Part shown: positions 53,499 through 63,706 of the stretch, one piece after another
How the letters are laid out: every line of letters begins with the position of its first letter
How positions within the stretch are numbered: position 1 is the first letter of the stretch
DNA from: an uncultured delta proteobacterium
Lineage (GTDB): Bacteria > Desulfobacterota > Desulfomonilia > Desulfomonilales > Desulfomonilaceae
Length of the DNA stretch: 64,000 nt
Direction: 5' to 3'
Assembly (NCBI GenBank): GCA_963789265.1
Contig: CAWBKB010000001.1
Span: 1,440,001-1,504,000, forward strand
Notes under the pieces: model-generated
What the model was told of the DNA's origin: nothing
Seen by the model: the letters and a program-made list of their open reading frames with translations, nothing else
Database searches by the model: none
Translations under genes and position numbers: made by a program

Positions 53499-54446
53499 AT
53501 GAATCTAGCAGAACTTACAAAGATGACGGAAGCACAAGCTAGAGAATTTCTTGAGGAAGTTCGCTGGCACGGAAATCCTACTTGTCCTCACTGCGGGGGG
53601 ACTGACGCGTATCAACTCCGTGGAAGCGCAACGCGCCCCGGTGTTTGGAAGTGTTCGGCTTGTCGTAAGCAGTTTACTGTGACTGTGGGGACGGTCATGC
53701 ATCGCTCTCATCTCCCTCTTCGTACGTGGGTTATCGCTTTCCATCTTATGTCTTCCTCTAAGAAGGGAATTTCTGCCCTACAACTTCAAAGAGTCTTGGG
53801 AATTGTTAACTATAAGAATGCTTGGCATCTAGCTCATAGAATAAGGCTTGCAATGACAGAGGGCTTAGGAGTCTTCCCCTTGAAGGGAACCGTTGAAGTA
53901 GATGAGACTTATGTTGGGGGCAAGCCGAGAAAAGAGAGCAAGGGCAGCTCAGAGAAGCCAAAGAAAAAGTCTAAGCGTGGTCGTGGGACTGATAAGACTC
54001 CTGTGCTAGCTTTGGTAGAGAGAAACGGTAACGTAGTCTCTAAGCCCATAGAAAGAGTTAATGCTTCTACCCTCAAAGGTGCTATCAAGGAAATGGTTCA
54101 CAAAGATTCTTGTATCATGACCGACGAATGGTCTTCTTACACTGGTATTGGTGAGCATTTCAATGGTGGTCATGAAGTAGTGAAACACAATGACGGTGAG
54201 TTTGTCAGAGGAAATGCGAGCACCAATACGGTAGAATCTTACTTCGCACTGTTGAAGAGAGGCGTCCACGGAGCATTCCATCACGTGTCTAAGACACACT
54301 TACACAGATACTGCGATGAATTTTCTTTCAGGTGGAATCATAGAAAGATTGACGACGGTGAGAGGACAGTTTGCATTATTCAGGGTATAGGTGGAAAGAG
54401 GCTTGTATATGCTGATTGCAGGGGATTAATACATGAGCACAACTAA
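53499..54446 (+). CDS. IS1595-family transposase
   Basis: Zn ribbon CPHC..CSAC, SSKKGISALQL, VEVDETYVGG, IMTDE, NTVE, RYCDEFSFRWN. Confidence 0.93.
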   Translation: MNLAELTKMTEAQAREFLEEVRWHGNPTCPHCGGTDAYQLRGSATRPGVWKCSACRKQFTVTVGTVMHRSHLPLRTWVIAFHLMSSSKKGISALQLQRVLGIVNYKNAWHLAHRIRLAMTEGLGVFPLKGTVEVDETYVGGKPRKESKGSSEKPKKKSKRGRGTDKTPVLALVERNGNVVSKPIERVNASTLKGAIKEMVHKDSCIMTDEWSSYTGIGEHFNGGHEVVKHNDGEFVRGNASTNTVESYFALLKRGVHGAFHHVSKTHLHRYCDEFSFRWNHRKIDDGERTVCIIQGIGGKRLVYADCRGLIHEHN

Positions 54447-55842
54447 TGCTGAGCTTGAGGAATGGATGAGAGTACCCCGCGAGGGTGTTCTAGAGTTCAA
54501 GGCGGCAAGGAACCAGTATGACCGCGAAAAGGTGTATGGTTATAGTGTGGCAATTGCGAATGAAGGTGGGGGCAAACTCATTCTTGGTGTGAGTGATTCA
54601 CTTCCTCGTCAGGTGGTTGGAAGTAATGCGTTTCGCAACATAGGTAAGATTACTCAACAGCTTTTTACAAAGCTTCCCTTTCAGGTAGATGTGGAAGAAT
54701 TGCCACATCCAGACGGACGTGTAGTGATATTTCACATACCTGCCCGACCTATAGGTACTCCTTATGAGCTTGACGGAAAATTTCTAATGCGCGTGGGTGA
54801 ATCTCTAGTTCCGATGTCTTCGGACCGTCTCCGACAAATATTGGATGAGGGTAAACCTGACTGGTTTTCTGAGGAGGCTAAGAACGAATGTTCATCAGAT
54901 GATGTAATACAATTGTTAGATGTTCAGAGCTATTTTGACTTAACGAAAACATCGCTTCCAACAACGCGCGATGCTATTCTGGACCGATTTGAACAGGAGA
55001 GTTTGATTCTACGAAAGGGAGAATTCTGGGCAATAACCAACTTGGGGGCTATCCTCTTTGCTAAGAATTTAGAGCACTTCGTTTCTACTTCTCGTAAAGC
55101 TCCGAGAGTGATTGTGTATCCTGGAGTTGATAAGACGGATACCGCTCGTATTGATGAATTCAAGAAAAAAGGATACGCCGCTGGTTTTGAGTCTCTCATA
55201 GACTTTATCAATGGACAGATTCCAACAAATCCAACTATTCTCAAAATCTTGCGCGACGAAAAGAAAATGTTTCCTGAGATTGCTATACGCGAGGTTATAG
55301 CAAACGCCCTTATTCATCAAGATCTTACAGAAACAGGCATGTTTGTAATGGTGGAACTTTACTCAGACCGACTGGAAATCTCAAATCCTGGGGCACCGGC
55401 TATCCCGCCCGAACGATTTATTGATGGGTACAAAGCACGTAATGAGCGGTTAGCGGACCTAATGCGGCGTATGGGCATTTGCGAAGAAAGAGGTAGTGGA
55501 ATAGACAAAGTCATTCGTTGGGTGGAAGTATATCAACTGCCTGCTCCTGTTTTCCGAGACGGTCAGCAGGATACCCAAGTAATTCTGTTCTCGCACAAAG
55601 AGTTTGAGGATATGGACCGCTCTGACCGCATTCGAGCCTGCTACCAACACTGCTGCCTGCGCTATGTCATGACAAAAGGTATGACTAATCAGAGTTTGCG
55701 TAAAAGATTTGATCTAGATAAGAATCAGACACATGCAGTCTCTCGAATTATTGCGGCAACAGTCCAAGAAGGACGAATCAAATTGGCTGATACGGGGACG
55801 ACCTCAACCCGATACACTAAATATATTCCATCATGGGCTTGA
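54433..55842 (+). CDS. AlbA_2/Schlafen-like domain + HATPase_c_4 protein
   Basis: LEFK...AIANEGGG.LILGV.D; REVIANALIH, SNPG, RN..LA..M...G..E.RGSG. Confidence 0.85.
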   Translation: MSTTNAELEEWMRVPREGVLEFKAARNQYDREKVYGYSVAIANEGGGKLILGVSDSLPRQVVGSNAFRNIGKITQQLFTKLPFQVDVEELPHPDGRVVIFHIPARPIGTPYELDGKFLMRVGESLVPMSSDRLRQILDEGKPDWFSEEAKNECSSDDVIQLLDVQSYFDLTKTSLPTTRDAILDRFEQESLILRKGEFWAITNLGAILFAKNLEHFVSTSRKAPRVIVYPGVDKTDTARIDEFKKKGYAAGFESLIDFINGQIPTNPTILKILRDEKKMFPEIAIREVIANALIHQDLTETGMFVMVELYSDRLEISNPGAPAIPPERFIDGYKARNERLADLMRRMGICEERGSGIDKVIRWVEVYQLPAPVFRDGQQDTQVILFSHKEFEDMDRSDRIRACYQHCCLRYVMTKGMTNQSLRKRFDLDKNQTHAVSRIIAATVQEGRIKLADTGTTSTRYTKYIPSWA

Positions 55843-56210
55843 GGTGCTCTTTGCAAGCAAATCCAAATTCTCGTGAAAGAAACACCTAACTTACAGTAAT
55901 CTCTGGGGATGTTTCTTTGCACGCAAATCCTTAACGGGTTTTTGGAGTTAAACATGCAAAACAAAAAACAACGTCTCAAACCTCTATCACTCTACGGCTT
56001 AGACCTAAAAGAAGCCCTGCACGCCATGCTTTCAGTTGACCCGAGAAAGCTCAAGTTGCTGGAAGAGAAGACAGAGGAGCAGCATTCAAACCTAGGACGA
56101 GACGCGAAAGTGAAGGACATACGAAAATGACCTGTTTGTCCTCTACACATGTGGAAAGAGGCGTCTTTATATCATTCCATCTATAGGGGTCTTGCCCTCG
56201 GACGTTGCTC

Positions 56211-56495
56211 TTAGTTGCTCCTAGAGGAATTCAAATTGATGGAATTGGTTGTGGGGTTTTTCCCTTTATAGGTGTTGCTCTTAGTGGAATTAATAGTAGT
56301 AGGTTTTTTCTTGAAGCTCGCATTGCTCTTAGAGCTAGCAATAGTGGTAGCGTCGCTCGGAGAGGGGCTGGAAACATCGCTCGAATTGCTCTTAGAGCTA
56401 CGAACAGTAGTCCCTGCCTGAGCCCCGACGATTGAAACTACGGCAAGAAATAGTCCTGCTACTAGAATGATAAGTCCTTGTCTTAGTCCGGTCAT
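56211..56495 (-). CDS. Small secreted protein with four S[ST][KR]SN repeats
   Basis: GAGGAGG RBS, signal peptide ending AQA, repeats SSKSN/SSKSN/STKSN/SSRSN. Confidence 0.7.
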   Translation of the reverse strand: MTGLRQGLIILVAGLFLAVVSIVGAQAGTTVRSSKSNSSDVSSPSPSDATTIASSKSNASFKKKPTTINSTKSNTYKGKNPTTNSINLNSSRSN

Positions 56496-56575
56496 GATCC
56501 CTCCTCGTGTTGTATTGTCGGCACGTGCCTGTTGAAAAAGAGTAGTTGTCAAGCGTCCCTGCTTCCTAACCTGGG

Positions 56576-57118
56576 TTAGACATACAGAAAGGAGAAAGGG
56601 TTCGCGAATTTCATATAAATTTTATAGGAAATTATTTCAGAGGGCAGCGTGGGTTTGTCAAGAGAATAATTCCGAATAAATTTAAAAGCCTCATTTACCG
56701 CGGCCGGCGTGAGTGCGTAATCAACTGTAACACCCACTCGCTGCCTGGATTTTGCTGCGTTGAGTGGCTGACGCAATGCGAGTCGGCAGGAGTTTGCTTG
56801 CACTCGATTTGGATTGCCGTTAACAGATATCACCCTTGCGGTCAGGATCTTTGCTGGATTCTTGACAATCAGCGCTGCCCTGTCGGACGTGGTGGAATAT
56901 TTTATCCGCAGACGATAGAAGGAAATAGTTTCCGGGATTGATCTTCCGGGAATTTGCCTAGCAATGCATGTTGTTTCTTCTGCGGCAACCCGCCCTGTAG
57001 AACCTGGGTCGATTTCTTGGACAGATTCCGCCGAAGCCGCTGCAAGGAGCCAGAGCAGTATCAGTACGCTCACCCAAGGTTGGAGCCATTTCAAATGGTA
57101 CGACGTTCTCAAGTCCAT
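56576..57118 (-). CDS. Hypothetical secreted protein
   Basis: Hydrophobic signal ending ASA. Confidence 0.5.
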   Translation of the reverse strand: MDLRTSYHLKWLQPWVSVLILLWLLAAASAESVQEIDPGSTGRVAAEETTCIARQIPGRSIPETISFYRLRIKYSTTSDRAALIVKNPAKILTARVISVNGNPNRVQANSCRLALRQPLNAAKSRQRVGVTVDYALTPAAVNEAFKFIRNYSLDKPTLPSEIISYKIYMKFANPFSFLYV

Positions 57119-57190
57119 TTCCCTTGTTGTGTGCTACCCAGCATTGCGAAGTATAGAAGGCAGTCCGTCGGGTTATCCATCAAGTCAAGA

Positions 57191-59333
57191 TCATTTGTTC
57201 GTTTTCATCTCAAGTTTTCCTTTTGTGCCGATGGCAAAATCTAGTCCTCCATCGCTCAACCAGGCTTTTGCTACCGAATTTTTCTTTAGATACGCATCCC
57301 AAAACTTTGTCGTAATCATTCTCACCATTTTATGGACAGGTCCGTTGTGTACGTTTGCCGGAGCCGATGGTTTATCGGGCAGATTTGTCCGGTCACTCTC
57401 ACTCAGCATGATCAAGTACCTGATCGCCTCCGTTAATGTGGTCATAAGGCGCGCGGTGATCGTCCAGTTGCCTGTCTGCTATCTCCCTATTAGCTTGCGC
57501 ATGTACAATATGGAGAATGGGTATTGCTATCTTTGCAAAAGCCGAGTTCTCATGAGCTTTTTGACGGTGCGGCACGTCAGGGTCCAGAAGCGCGGCAGCC
57601 TTGATCCTGGTATCCATGAACGTCTTCTCATGGCCTTGGGCTGTATAGAAAACCTGACCTATGACGGCAAGAGCCGTCACAGCTCCCAGTCCGACCCCGG
57701 CCATGCCTATGCAGTTCAGGTCTATTCTCCCCTTTAAGTGACGGTCGTCAACGTTCAGCCTTTGTAATTGATCAATGGCAAAGCTCACATCGCGAGTGCG
57801 ATTCCAGAACATCTTCCATTTTTTGAGCGGCGGGCCGGCAGCCTTTAAGGCCGGGTTGACCGAACCAGCATCCGTTCTTTTATGCTGGAGATGTACAGAG
57901 ATGTATCCACTAGCTGCCCAATGCCTGCCTAAATGCGAACCGCTCTCTCGGGTTCCTCTCAGCCCGTGTGAAAAGATGATCGCCGGAAAGGGTCCGTTGC
58001 TGCCTTCCGGATAGTATATCTTCACTGGTAAGGCTCTATTTCGGCTCTGATCCAACCAATTCTCTTCCAGGACAGCGACTGCGTATCCAGGTGGTCCCGT
58101 TTGCCGCGCCCTTTGATAAGAGGAAAAGAGTGCAATGGTAGCAGCGACCAAAGCAATACAAATGCCCGCAACGATTAGCCTCTTGGCGTACAACGTCTTT
58201 GATGGAACGGTTCCAAATACGTCAGTTGAGGTAACGGTCTGAGCTTTTGTTGCGGTTGCACAAGTTGGGCTCCCGGTATTTTGCGATACATTTTCGGATA
58301 CCTCCTGCTCCACTTCAGCCGGTGACGGAGGGCTTACGTGGACAACACCGGAATCAACGAGAGGCTGGGTAATACCCGCCGCGCCAGAAGTATGTCCGCC
58401 AGCAAGCGATGCGAGTAATGATCGAGCCGCTTGTGTTCGTTCATGGCACAATCCCGTCTCCTGAACGAAAGCAATTCGAAATTCTTTCACCGACTCGAAA
58501 CGATCTTCGGGATTGTGCTTCAGAGCCTTAAATACACATGGAGGAACACCCGGGCGGTCGGTCTCGTCTTCAGGAACTTTGCCAGTGAGGGCATAATAAA
58601 CGGTGGCACCCAGCGCGTATATGTCCGATGTCTCAGAAACTTCCCCCCTGCCAGCGTACTGCTCTGGGGGCATGAAGCCAACGGATCCCATTACCAACCG
58701 CCTTGTAGCAGTGGTGGTATCACCAAGGGCTGCCCTGGCGATGCCGAAATCACATACCTTGATGTCTCCCGATGGCCGTACGAGAATGTTGGCAGGCTTG
58801 ATGTCTAGATGGATTACGCCTCGGGAATGAGCGTACTGTAGCGCGTCGCAAACTTGGAGGAAAACCGCGCCGACCAAATCTATGCCGCCTTCGTGGTCTC
58901 TCTTGAGGATCGTGTGAAAACTCGTACCAGGAACATATTCCATGACCACGAAGTGCCTGCCCTTGTTTATTTCGAGATTGTATATCTTTATGATGTTTTC
59001 GTGGGTAAGCTCCCGAGAAATAATTACTTCCTTTTTTATCAACGTGACCGCGTTTGCATAATTGTTCAGGTCGCGATGCAGCATTTTCAGAGCCACCGGC
59101 ATGTTGCGAAGACTTATTTGGCGCGCCTCGTAGACCTTCCCCGCGCCTCCTCTACCTATCAACCTGACAATATTGTAATCCCCTGCCACAATTGTTCCCG
59201 GGGGCATTACCTCGCCAAAGTCGGCCGGCAGCTTGACTTCTTTCCCATTTATCACAACTATTTTCCGGCAGACCGGACATGAGGTCACGTCAGCGTCTAT
59301 TGGAGTTCTGCACTTGGGACAAAATGTGCTCAA
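57191..59333 (-). CDS. Zn-ribbon + Hanks-type Ser/Thr kinase + TM + alpha/beta-hydrolase-like domain; +1 frameshift at ~57420
   Basis: GRGGAG, VALK, HLDIKPAN, DFG, PPEQ; TM; IIFSHG, RTRDVSFAID; C-terminus KFWDAYLK in ORF 57191-57445. Confidence 0.85.
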
Positions 59334-59490
59334 AACATGCTCCCTGATATGAACTGCTCCGCAAAATGTCTAAAATGCCACGCAAGAAGTGTTAGTTGGC
59401 ATGAAGGAGGCGACTTCTTGCCGGGTGGAATCCAATTCACCGAGAAAACATTTTCCTCAATGAACTCATGGTCTCAATAGCCTGCAAGCC

Positions 59491-61155
59491 CTACTTCTTG
59501 CCTCCGTATGCCTTCAGTAGATCTGCGATCTCCTTATGACCATGCTTCTCCGCGATTGCAAGAGGTGTCTCACCAGCATCATCTCTGGCGTTGATATCAG
59601 CACCTTCTTCTAAAAGCATTTTTACGACTTCAGGACGACTGGTCTTAGGGTCTCCAAACCAGCCCGCACTCGCAGCCGCCATCAATGCCGTCCAACCGTT
59701 GTCGTCCTTTGCGTTAATATCGGCGCCTTTTTCCAAGAGCATTTTTACGACTTCAAGATGACTGGCCTCGGGATCTTCAAGCCCGCCACCGGCAGCCGCC
59801 ACCAAGGCTGCCTCAAGGTCCTCAGTTGCTCCTTTCTCCAGAAGCACTCTCACAACATCCGGGTGACCATTTGCAGAAGCTTCGAACATCGCCCTCCCTC
59901 CACCTACAGCCTCTGCATTGAAGTCTGCCCCTTTTGTCAGGAGCAATTTTACGACGTCGAGATGACCTTTCTCAGACGCGGCCATTAATGCAGTCCAACC
60001 ATTTTCGCTCTTTTCATTTATATTGAGCCCTTTGTTCAGAAAGAATCGAACCATTCGAGCCTTGCCCTTCTCGGAAGCCAACATCAAGACCGTAAGCCCC
60101 CCATCGTCTTGGATATAGTACTTCGCATTGATATCAGCCCCTTTTTCGAGGAGAAGCTTGACTACCTGGAGATGACCCTTCTCAGAGGCCGCCATTAATG
60201 CCGTCCAATGATAACCGAAGCTCTTTTCATTGATCTTAGCTCCTTTGTTCAGAAGGAATCGAACCATTGGAATGTTGCCCTTCTCGGAAGCCAGCATCAA
60301 GACCGTCCATCCCGGGTCGTCCTGAGTTCTGTTCCTATACTGTGCATTGACATTAGCACCTTTGTCCAAGAGGCTTTTAGCCAATGTCAGGTCGTCGTTC
60401 CTGATAGCCTCTATCAATGCCTTGTCCTTGTAGCCGGAACCAAGCGCATTAGCGCCATGCGCTTTGAGCAATTCCACGATTCGGACATCCCTCCTTAATG
60501 AAGCTGCTCCCAATGCTGTCAAACCATTATCATTTTGAACATTGACCTGAGATCCGTATTTGAGAAGTAGCTTTGAAATGTCATAGTACCCATGCTCACA
60601 CGCCATTATCAAGGCTGTAGAGCCGTAAGAGGTCTTTGCATTGACCTCAGCCCCCCTTTCTAGAAGCAGTCTGGCTACCGGGAGTTTAACTCTCTCAGGA
60701 AGCTCAACCGGATCATTATCCGTCACTGTCTCCGCAAGCTCATTCAGGTCACTATTCGTCACAGTAGCCATCAATGCCGTCCGTCCTGCACTATCCGTTG
60801 CGTTAACGTCAGCGCCGTAGTCCAGAAGCAGTCTTACTACATCCAGACGACCACTTTCAGAAGCCGACATCAGTGGCGTCTTCCCATCCATCATCTTTGC
60901 GTTGACATCCGCTCCCCTGGAGAGGAGCATTTCTAGAATAGCAAGGTGGCCCTCGGACAAAGCAAGGCTCAATGCATCGGGGTCCAGGGAATTTACATCG
61001 GCTCCCTTTTCCAGAAGTTTCTGCACCTGTTTCAAGTCATTGCAAATGACGGCTTGTTCCAACGCCTCGCCTTGTTTCCCATAGACTGCCGAACAAAACA
61101 TCGTCAGCATGGCAAGCAGCCCAGCATATAACGGAAGAATTGCAAGCTTGCGCAT
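59491..61155 (-). CDS. Secreted ankyrin-repeat protein
   Basis: Signal peptide; many G.TALM.A...GH...V..LL..GAD.N repeats. Confidence 0.93.
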   Translation of the reverse strand: MRKLAILPLYAGLLAMLTMFCSAVYGKQGEALEQAVICNDLKQVQKLLEKGADVNSLDPDALSLALSEGHLAILEMLLSRGADVNAKMMDGKTPLMSASESGRLDVVRLLLDYGADVNATDSAGRTALMATVTNSDLNELAETVTDNDPVELPERVKLPVARLLLERGAEVNAKTSYGSTALIMACEHGYYDISKLLLKYGSQVNVQNDNGLTALGAASLRRDVRIVELLKAHGANALGSGYKDKALIEAIRNDDLTLAKSLLDKGANVNAQYRNRTQDDPGWTVLMLASEKGNIPMVRFLLNKGAKINEKSFGYHWTALMAASEKGHLQVVKLLLEKGADINAKYYIQDDGGLTVLMLASEKGKARMVRFFLNKGLNINEKSENGWTALMAASEKGHLDVVKLLLTKGADFNAEAVGGGRAMFEASANGHPDVVRVLLEKGATEDLEAALVAAAGGGLEDPEASHLEVVKMLLEKGADINAKDDNGWTALMAAASAGWFGDPKTSRPEVVKMLLEEGADINARDDAGETPLAIAEKHGHKEIADLLKAYGGKK

Positions 61156-61239
61156 CGCGAACCACTCCTAGACGATTGACTGCGGTCATAGCGAGAAAAG
61201 TCTACCTCTCTGACATCCTTCAAAATAAAGGATGCGGAC

Positions 61240-62295
61240 TCACGGTTGGTTTTTCGCAGTTTCTGATTTGGGTGCGTCCATTCTCACCAGAAGCCACTTC
61301 CGGGCATTAGTCGGTCCAAGATGAACCAGTACTTGGGTTTGAGCTTGGGTAAGATTGTACACTCCTGTTTCCATAATCATCTTCTCTTCCGGCCCGCTAC
61401 CTACCATCCATGCTGCTCGTTGGGTTTGCCTGTCTACGCTCCCATGAACGGGTCGGGTATTCTTCGTGACTACATTGTAAAATGTCCCAGCAATTGCGCC
61501 TTCTTTACTTATAGCGAGTTGCAGAATTGCGTGTGGAGAATCCGCATTCGGACGTTGGAGGGCGAAAACTCCCAAGGGCATCCATTCTGATTTCTCAGAA
61601 ACTCCTGGCGGCTCGTTCAACGCAAGGGTACGGACGTATTGATAGTACTGGTCCGCTGAATACTGTCGTTTTCCGTTAAAATAGACACCATCGTCCTGGT
61701 AATAGATATTAGTCCCATAATCATACGGAATGGGCGATGACCAAGCTATGCCGGGTAGCCACCCCGTTAAGGCCACCCAATTACAACGTCTCCACCAGTA
61801 ATAGGGGCCGTGATGCGCCCACCAATGAGGATACCACCGAATATTGGTTATGTTCGTGACAGAGTGATTTTGCCACCATCGTGGAGTGAAGGCGATTCTG
61901 TGACTCGCCGTGAATTGGGTGCGAACACCCCGAGCCATCCGCGCCAGTCTGGCGGGATTGGTAGGCTTCACAATGTTGTGAGGACCATGCAATCCGTGGA
62001 CAGGCCCCCCTGGGTTGATTCCTTGTGGATGCCTGTGAACTTCTTTTAGTCCATGTGGCGTAACGTGAGGATGATGCTCCACTGCTTTCGGATGTTGTGC
62101 ATGATGCAAGGGGCTTTTGTTGGGATCGTGATGGGCAACGGCCTGATGCTTTTTGGGGTGGCTCTTTGCCTGATGATGAGCCTTTGCACTACCGGTGTGA
62201 TGTCCTCCCTCTCGTTTGCCAATCGCCCATGTGGTTCCGCAAGACAGAGCTACCAGTGCGACCACGATAAGAATATTGACTGGCGGTTTTTTCAT
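61240..62295 (-). CDS. Secreted hypothetical protein, His-rich N-terminus and Trp/Tyr-rich core
   Basis: Signal peptide, AAGGAGG RBS, EWMPLGVF...TQRAAW..METGVYNLT. Confidence 0.75.
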   Translation of the reverse strand: MKKPPVNILIVVALVALSCGTTWAIGKREGGHHTGSAKAHHQAKSHPKKHQAVAHHDPNKSPLHHAQHPKAVEHHPHVTPHGLKEVHRHPQGINPGGPVHGLHGPHNIVKPTNPARLARMARGVRTQFTASHRIAFTPRWWQNHSVTNITNIRWYPHWWAHHGPYYWWRRCNWVALTGWLPGIAWSSPIPYDYGTNIYYQDDGVYFNGKRQYSADQYYQYVRTLALNEPPGVSEKSEWMPLGVFALQRPNADSPHAILQLAISKEGAIAGTFYNVVTKNTRPVHGSVDRQTQRAAWMVGSGPEEKMIMETGVYNLTQAQTQVLVHLGPTNARKWLLVRMDAPKSETAKNQP

Positions 62296-62896
62296 GTTCG
62301 TTCCTCTCCTCCTTACTTTGGGCTCATACTCTAGTTTTGTTTCTTCTCAGATCGCTTCCCAATAATCTTGATCTCCTCTATGTTGGGTACCAGCCGACTC
62401 TTATACACACGCGCAGAGGTACTCCAGACAAAAGTCTTCTTGTTGACAGGCTCGTAAATGTTAGTCTCGGAGCGTTCCGGCAACGGATAGAGTACCGGTT
62501 ACTAAAACTAAGGTGACAATGACTAAACGGCTCATGCCCACACTCCCATTCATTGCAAATAGAAACAGCCCCTCGAAGTTTGTTTCGTCTCCGATTCTCG
62601 GATCGTCCCCAAAGCCCCAGCCACCCGAAAAGAAGATTTGGCTGCCCCTGGTTAGGTGATTTTTCCGTAGGCTGATTATTCTATTGGACGATGCGAGGTT
62701 AATGTTGTTAAAAGAAATCTTTTTGAACTTTGTTCGTCTCATAGTATCGGAGACCTCTTAACAGCATGACAGATTTACTACCCAGTGTTGTTTTTCACAT
62801 TAAATTGACTGATTTTTTCTGATTATTTGGGACAGAGCGCCTAGTTTTTCAGATTGTTTTGACTGGGCCGGGTGGTCCGGCCCGGTGATAGGTTGT

Positions 62897-63706
62897 TCAA
62901 AAGATTTCGGTAGCTGCGAGTCTGACGTGATCTGCGGTGACGATGGTGGATTGGTTGTTTGCCGCTGCGACGAGAGCGCCTCTTGCCAGATGGTTAGCCT
63001 TCCTGAATGTTCCTCCTGAGCCTTGATGGATTGCGGTGATCGCAGCGTCGTCAAAGAGGCTGGATTTGACGCCTGTGAGAGAGAGATGGTGAGAGAGGTA
63101 CTGTTCCATCTCCTGCCTGCTGACCGGCTCCATATGGCTGCGTGCGACGATTCGTGACGCGAGCGGAGCGGAGGTTTGATACATGAGCTTGTCGATGAGG
63201 TTGCTCCGCCCGGTCAGGACAATAGGCAACCACGGTTTTGAGTCAGCCTCGAAGACGGTGATGGTGTGGATCTCGGCAAAGACCTCCAGACGCATCAACG
63301 ATGCCTCATCGACCACCAGCACGATCTTCATCTTCTTTTCCAGGATCACTTCCCGTACTGCCTTCTTGATAAGGCGCACCATGATGGCTTTCTGTGATCC
63401 CGCCATGTGAATACCGAATTCAGCGAGGAAGAGCCGATAAAACTCCAGAATGGAGCCTGAGCAGGCAGTGATCCACACGGTCTTGTATTCGGATGGGTGG
63501 AGCTTTGAGATGACGTACCTGAGAGCCGTGGACTTTCCCGATCCCACCTCGCCGGTGAGGGTCGCAATAGCTCCCAACCTGACCGTATAGTCAAAGCGCT
63601 CTTTGATTGCTGCAATGTCTTGGGTTTCCAGAATGTCCTTGATGTTTATGTCGGTGGGGAACGCCTCCCGGCTCATGCCGAAGAAAGATCGATAGTTGGT
63701 GCTCAT
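62897..63706 (-). CDS. ExeA-like AAA ATPase (transposition helper)
   Basis: GEVGSGKST, VVDEA; ATGA overlap with the transposase. Confidence 0.88.
   Translation of the reverse strand: MSTNYRSFFGMSREAFPTDINIKDILETQDIAAIKERFDYTVRLGAIATLTGEVGSGKSTALRYVISKLHPSEYKTVWITACSGSILEFYRLFLAEFGIHMAGSQKAIMVRLIKKAVREVILEKKMKIVLVVDEASLMRLEVFAEIHTITVFEADSKPWLPIVLTGRSNLIDKLMYQTSAPLASRIVARSHMEPVSRQEMEQYLSHHLSLTGVKSSLFDDAAITAIHQGSGGTFRKANHLARGALVAAANNQSTIVTADHVRLAATEIF

Larger units (their letters stand above)
53424..56178 (+). mobile_element. IS1595-family element with passenger genes (ends approximate)
   Basis: Transposase plus two co-oriented genes; weak terminal similarity GGAAGTATTCTCTTGAC / GTCTTTATATCATTCC; no clear target duplication. 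Confidence 0.55.

Noticed and set aside
59940..60310. Tandem DNA repeats as a separate element
   Set aside because: Explained by ankyrin repeat duplication within the CDS.
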